Source: a virus. From it: a stretch of DNA of 18,860 nt. Under the pieces are notes generated by a model. That model ran no database searches and was not told where the DNA came from. It worked only from the letters and a program-made list of their open reading frames with translations. The translations under genes were made by a program, and so were the position numbers. The stretch lies in UHGV virus genome UHGV-1693621; one strand, written 5' to 3'. Below are positions 17,675 to 18,860 of the stretch, one piece after another (the stretch's first letter is position 1; every line of letters starts with the position of its first letter).

Positions 17675-18684
17675 AAATATTCTTGAGAACCTTGATATGT
17701 TATATCGCTCTGCAACTTGATAGATGGATCACGTAAACGTGCATGGGCCAATGCAATATGATTTCGGAAACTTTCTAGTTCATAATCGCTAGATTTAAAA
17801 CGAGAAGCACTCCTCATACCACCGATAGCTCCTTTGTTGAAGTTTGAACCAATCTGAATAACGCCAGAGTTCATTGGTCCTTCTGCTTTATATACCGGAA
17901 CTTTAGATTCAAACTCTTGATATTTCTTAGCAGCGAAGCTATCACCCTGAAGTGAAGCATCAACAGTAGAATATTGAGCTTGTGCTGCTAATCGACGACT
18001 GATTTTAGTTTTCTGAATAACAGCTTGGTCCGTGCGCTTATCATTTTCTAAAGCAATAGAAGCAGCAACAGCGACAGCTTTAGGAACAGCATTTCCTGTT
18101 TTAACGTCTACATAAACATCACCGACCTTTGATTCAACTTTTGTGAATAACTCAGTTGAAATAGGAGGTACACCTGGAATGTCTTCTAAATTGGCATTTT
18201 TACGGTAAACCATAATATATGCATATTTCTTATCATAGTCCCAGATTTCCTTTAGGAGAACATATCGACCTGCTCCTTTATTACGTACTAAACGGTCAGC
18301 AATAACTTGCATTTGACGAGCTGCGCCATTTGTTTTACTTTTTAGTACGCGGAATAGGCATGCGTCGATTTTATACTGTTTCATTGTTTGAAGAGCAGTA
18401 TCAAAAACGGCATTAATGACACCAATTGGATTTCCACCCAAGTTTTTAAGTTTAACTAATGATAGTTTCTCGTTGACACCTATCATTACGATATGCATCA
18501 TTTTATCGCCTGGCTTAACGTTTTTATTCGTATCACCACCAGAGGTGTATGTACAAAATCTAAATCCCGGAAGCACGCTTTCTTCGCCGGCTTGAATAGC
18601 AAAAATTTGTGGTATTTTATGCTTAGGATTTAAGTTAACAACCGGCGCCGAAGCGCCGTCAAATAATTCTGTAATAAGTTCCAT
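17659..18684 (-). CDS. alt: Alt ADP-ribosyltransferase, N-terminal fragment ending at a stop inside the heptamer repeat
   Basis: 341-aa ORF with AGGA Shine-Dalgarno upstream, ending ...QEYLKNKE then TAA at 17659-17661. Combined with the downstream open frame it would give about 685 aa, close to the 682 aa I recall for T4 Alt. Confidence 0.75.
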   Translation of the reverse strand: MELITELFDGASAPVVNLNPKHKIPQIFAIQAGEESVLPGFRFCTYTSGGDTNKNVKPGDKMMHIVMIGVNEKLSLVKLKNLGGNPIGVINAVFDTALQTMKQYKIDACLFRVLKSKTNGAARQMQVIADRLVRNKGAGRYVLLKEIWDYDKKYAYIMVYRKNANLEDIPGVPPISTELFTKVESKVGDVYVDVKTGNAVPKAVAVAASIALENDKRTDQAVIQKTKISRRLAAQAQYSTVDASLQGDSFAAKKYQEFESKVPVYKAEGPMNSGVIQIGSNFNKGAIGGMRSASRFKSSDYELESFRNHIALAHARLRDPSIKLQSDITYQGSQEYLKNKE

Positions 18685-18687
18685 GAT

Positions 18688-18858
18688 TTATCCTTGAACG
18701 AACTTGTAAGGCATGTTTGCAATATCTATACAAGACGCAATAATTCCAAGAGATGATTCTACTTTCTGTTTAACGTTTGATGAAACAAATGATGCAAAGT
18801 CAACTTTGTCTTCTATTTCAATATCACCTGTCATTGTAACTACTTCGCCGGTTTCCAT
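18688..18858 (-). CDS. Small hypothetical ORF upstream of alt (may be the 3' end of a longer gene beyond the window edge)
   Basis: Hand-translated 56 codons from ATG 18856-18858 to TAA 18688-18690 (METGEVVTMTGDIEIEDKVDF...YKFVQG); the stop overlaps the alt Shine-Dalgarno region. Only 2 nt of upstream context exist. Confidence 0.3.
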   Translation of the reverse strand: METGEVVTMTGDIEIEDKVDFASFVSSNVKQKVESSLGIIASCIDIANMPYKFVQG

Positions 18859-18860
18859 TA

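Noticed and set aside
17654-17685. Programmed +1 ribosomal frameshift at the alt heptamer repeat, instead of a mutation
   Set aside because: There is no canonical slippery heptamer or stimulatory structure, and intact T4 Alt is a single ORF as I recall. A 7-bp tandem duplication is the simpler explanation, though this cannot be fully excluded without expression data.
1-18860. CRISPR arrays, tRNA genes, integrase or transposase genes
   Set aside because: No direct-repeat/spacer periodicity, no cloverleaf-capable intergenic segments (the intergenic regions are too short), and no recombinase-like ORFs. The only mobile-type gene is the GIY-YIG homing endonuclease.

Overview
This window reads as a T4-like (Tevenvirinae) myovirus segment with gene order 23 (3' end) – segD-like homing endonuclease – 24 – rnlB – 24.2 – 24.3 – hoc – inh – uvsW – uvsW.1 – uvsY.-2 – uvsY.-1 – uvsY – 25 – 26 – 51 – 27 – 28 – 29 – 48 – 54 – small ORF – alt. 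Gene identities rest on my recollection of T4 protein sequences and lengths, on visible catalytic motifs and on synteny; no database search was run. Coding density is very high, with short intergenic regions carrying T4-type late promoters (TATAAATA), GC-rich tetraloop terminators and Shine-Dalgarno sites. I find no evidence of an undescribed multi-gene system: the region is a conserved capsid/baseplate/recombination block. The most notable observation is that the alt ADP-ribosyltransferase gene is split into two overlapping reading frames exactly at a triple tandem heptamer (ATTCTTT x3 on the + strand); two copies would restore one continuous ORF. Other observations are a Hoc protein about one Ig-like domain longer than T4 Hoc, an inverted GIY-YIG homing endonuclease between genes 23 and 24, no segE between inh and uvsW, a 55-aa uvsY.-2-like ORF missing from the ORF track, and back-to-back late promoters between genes 26 and 51.
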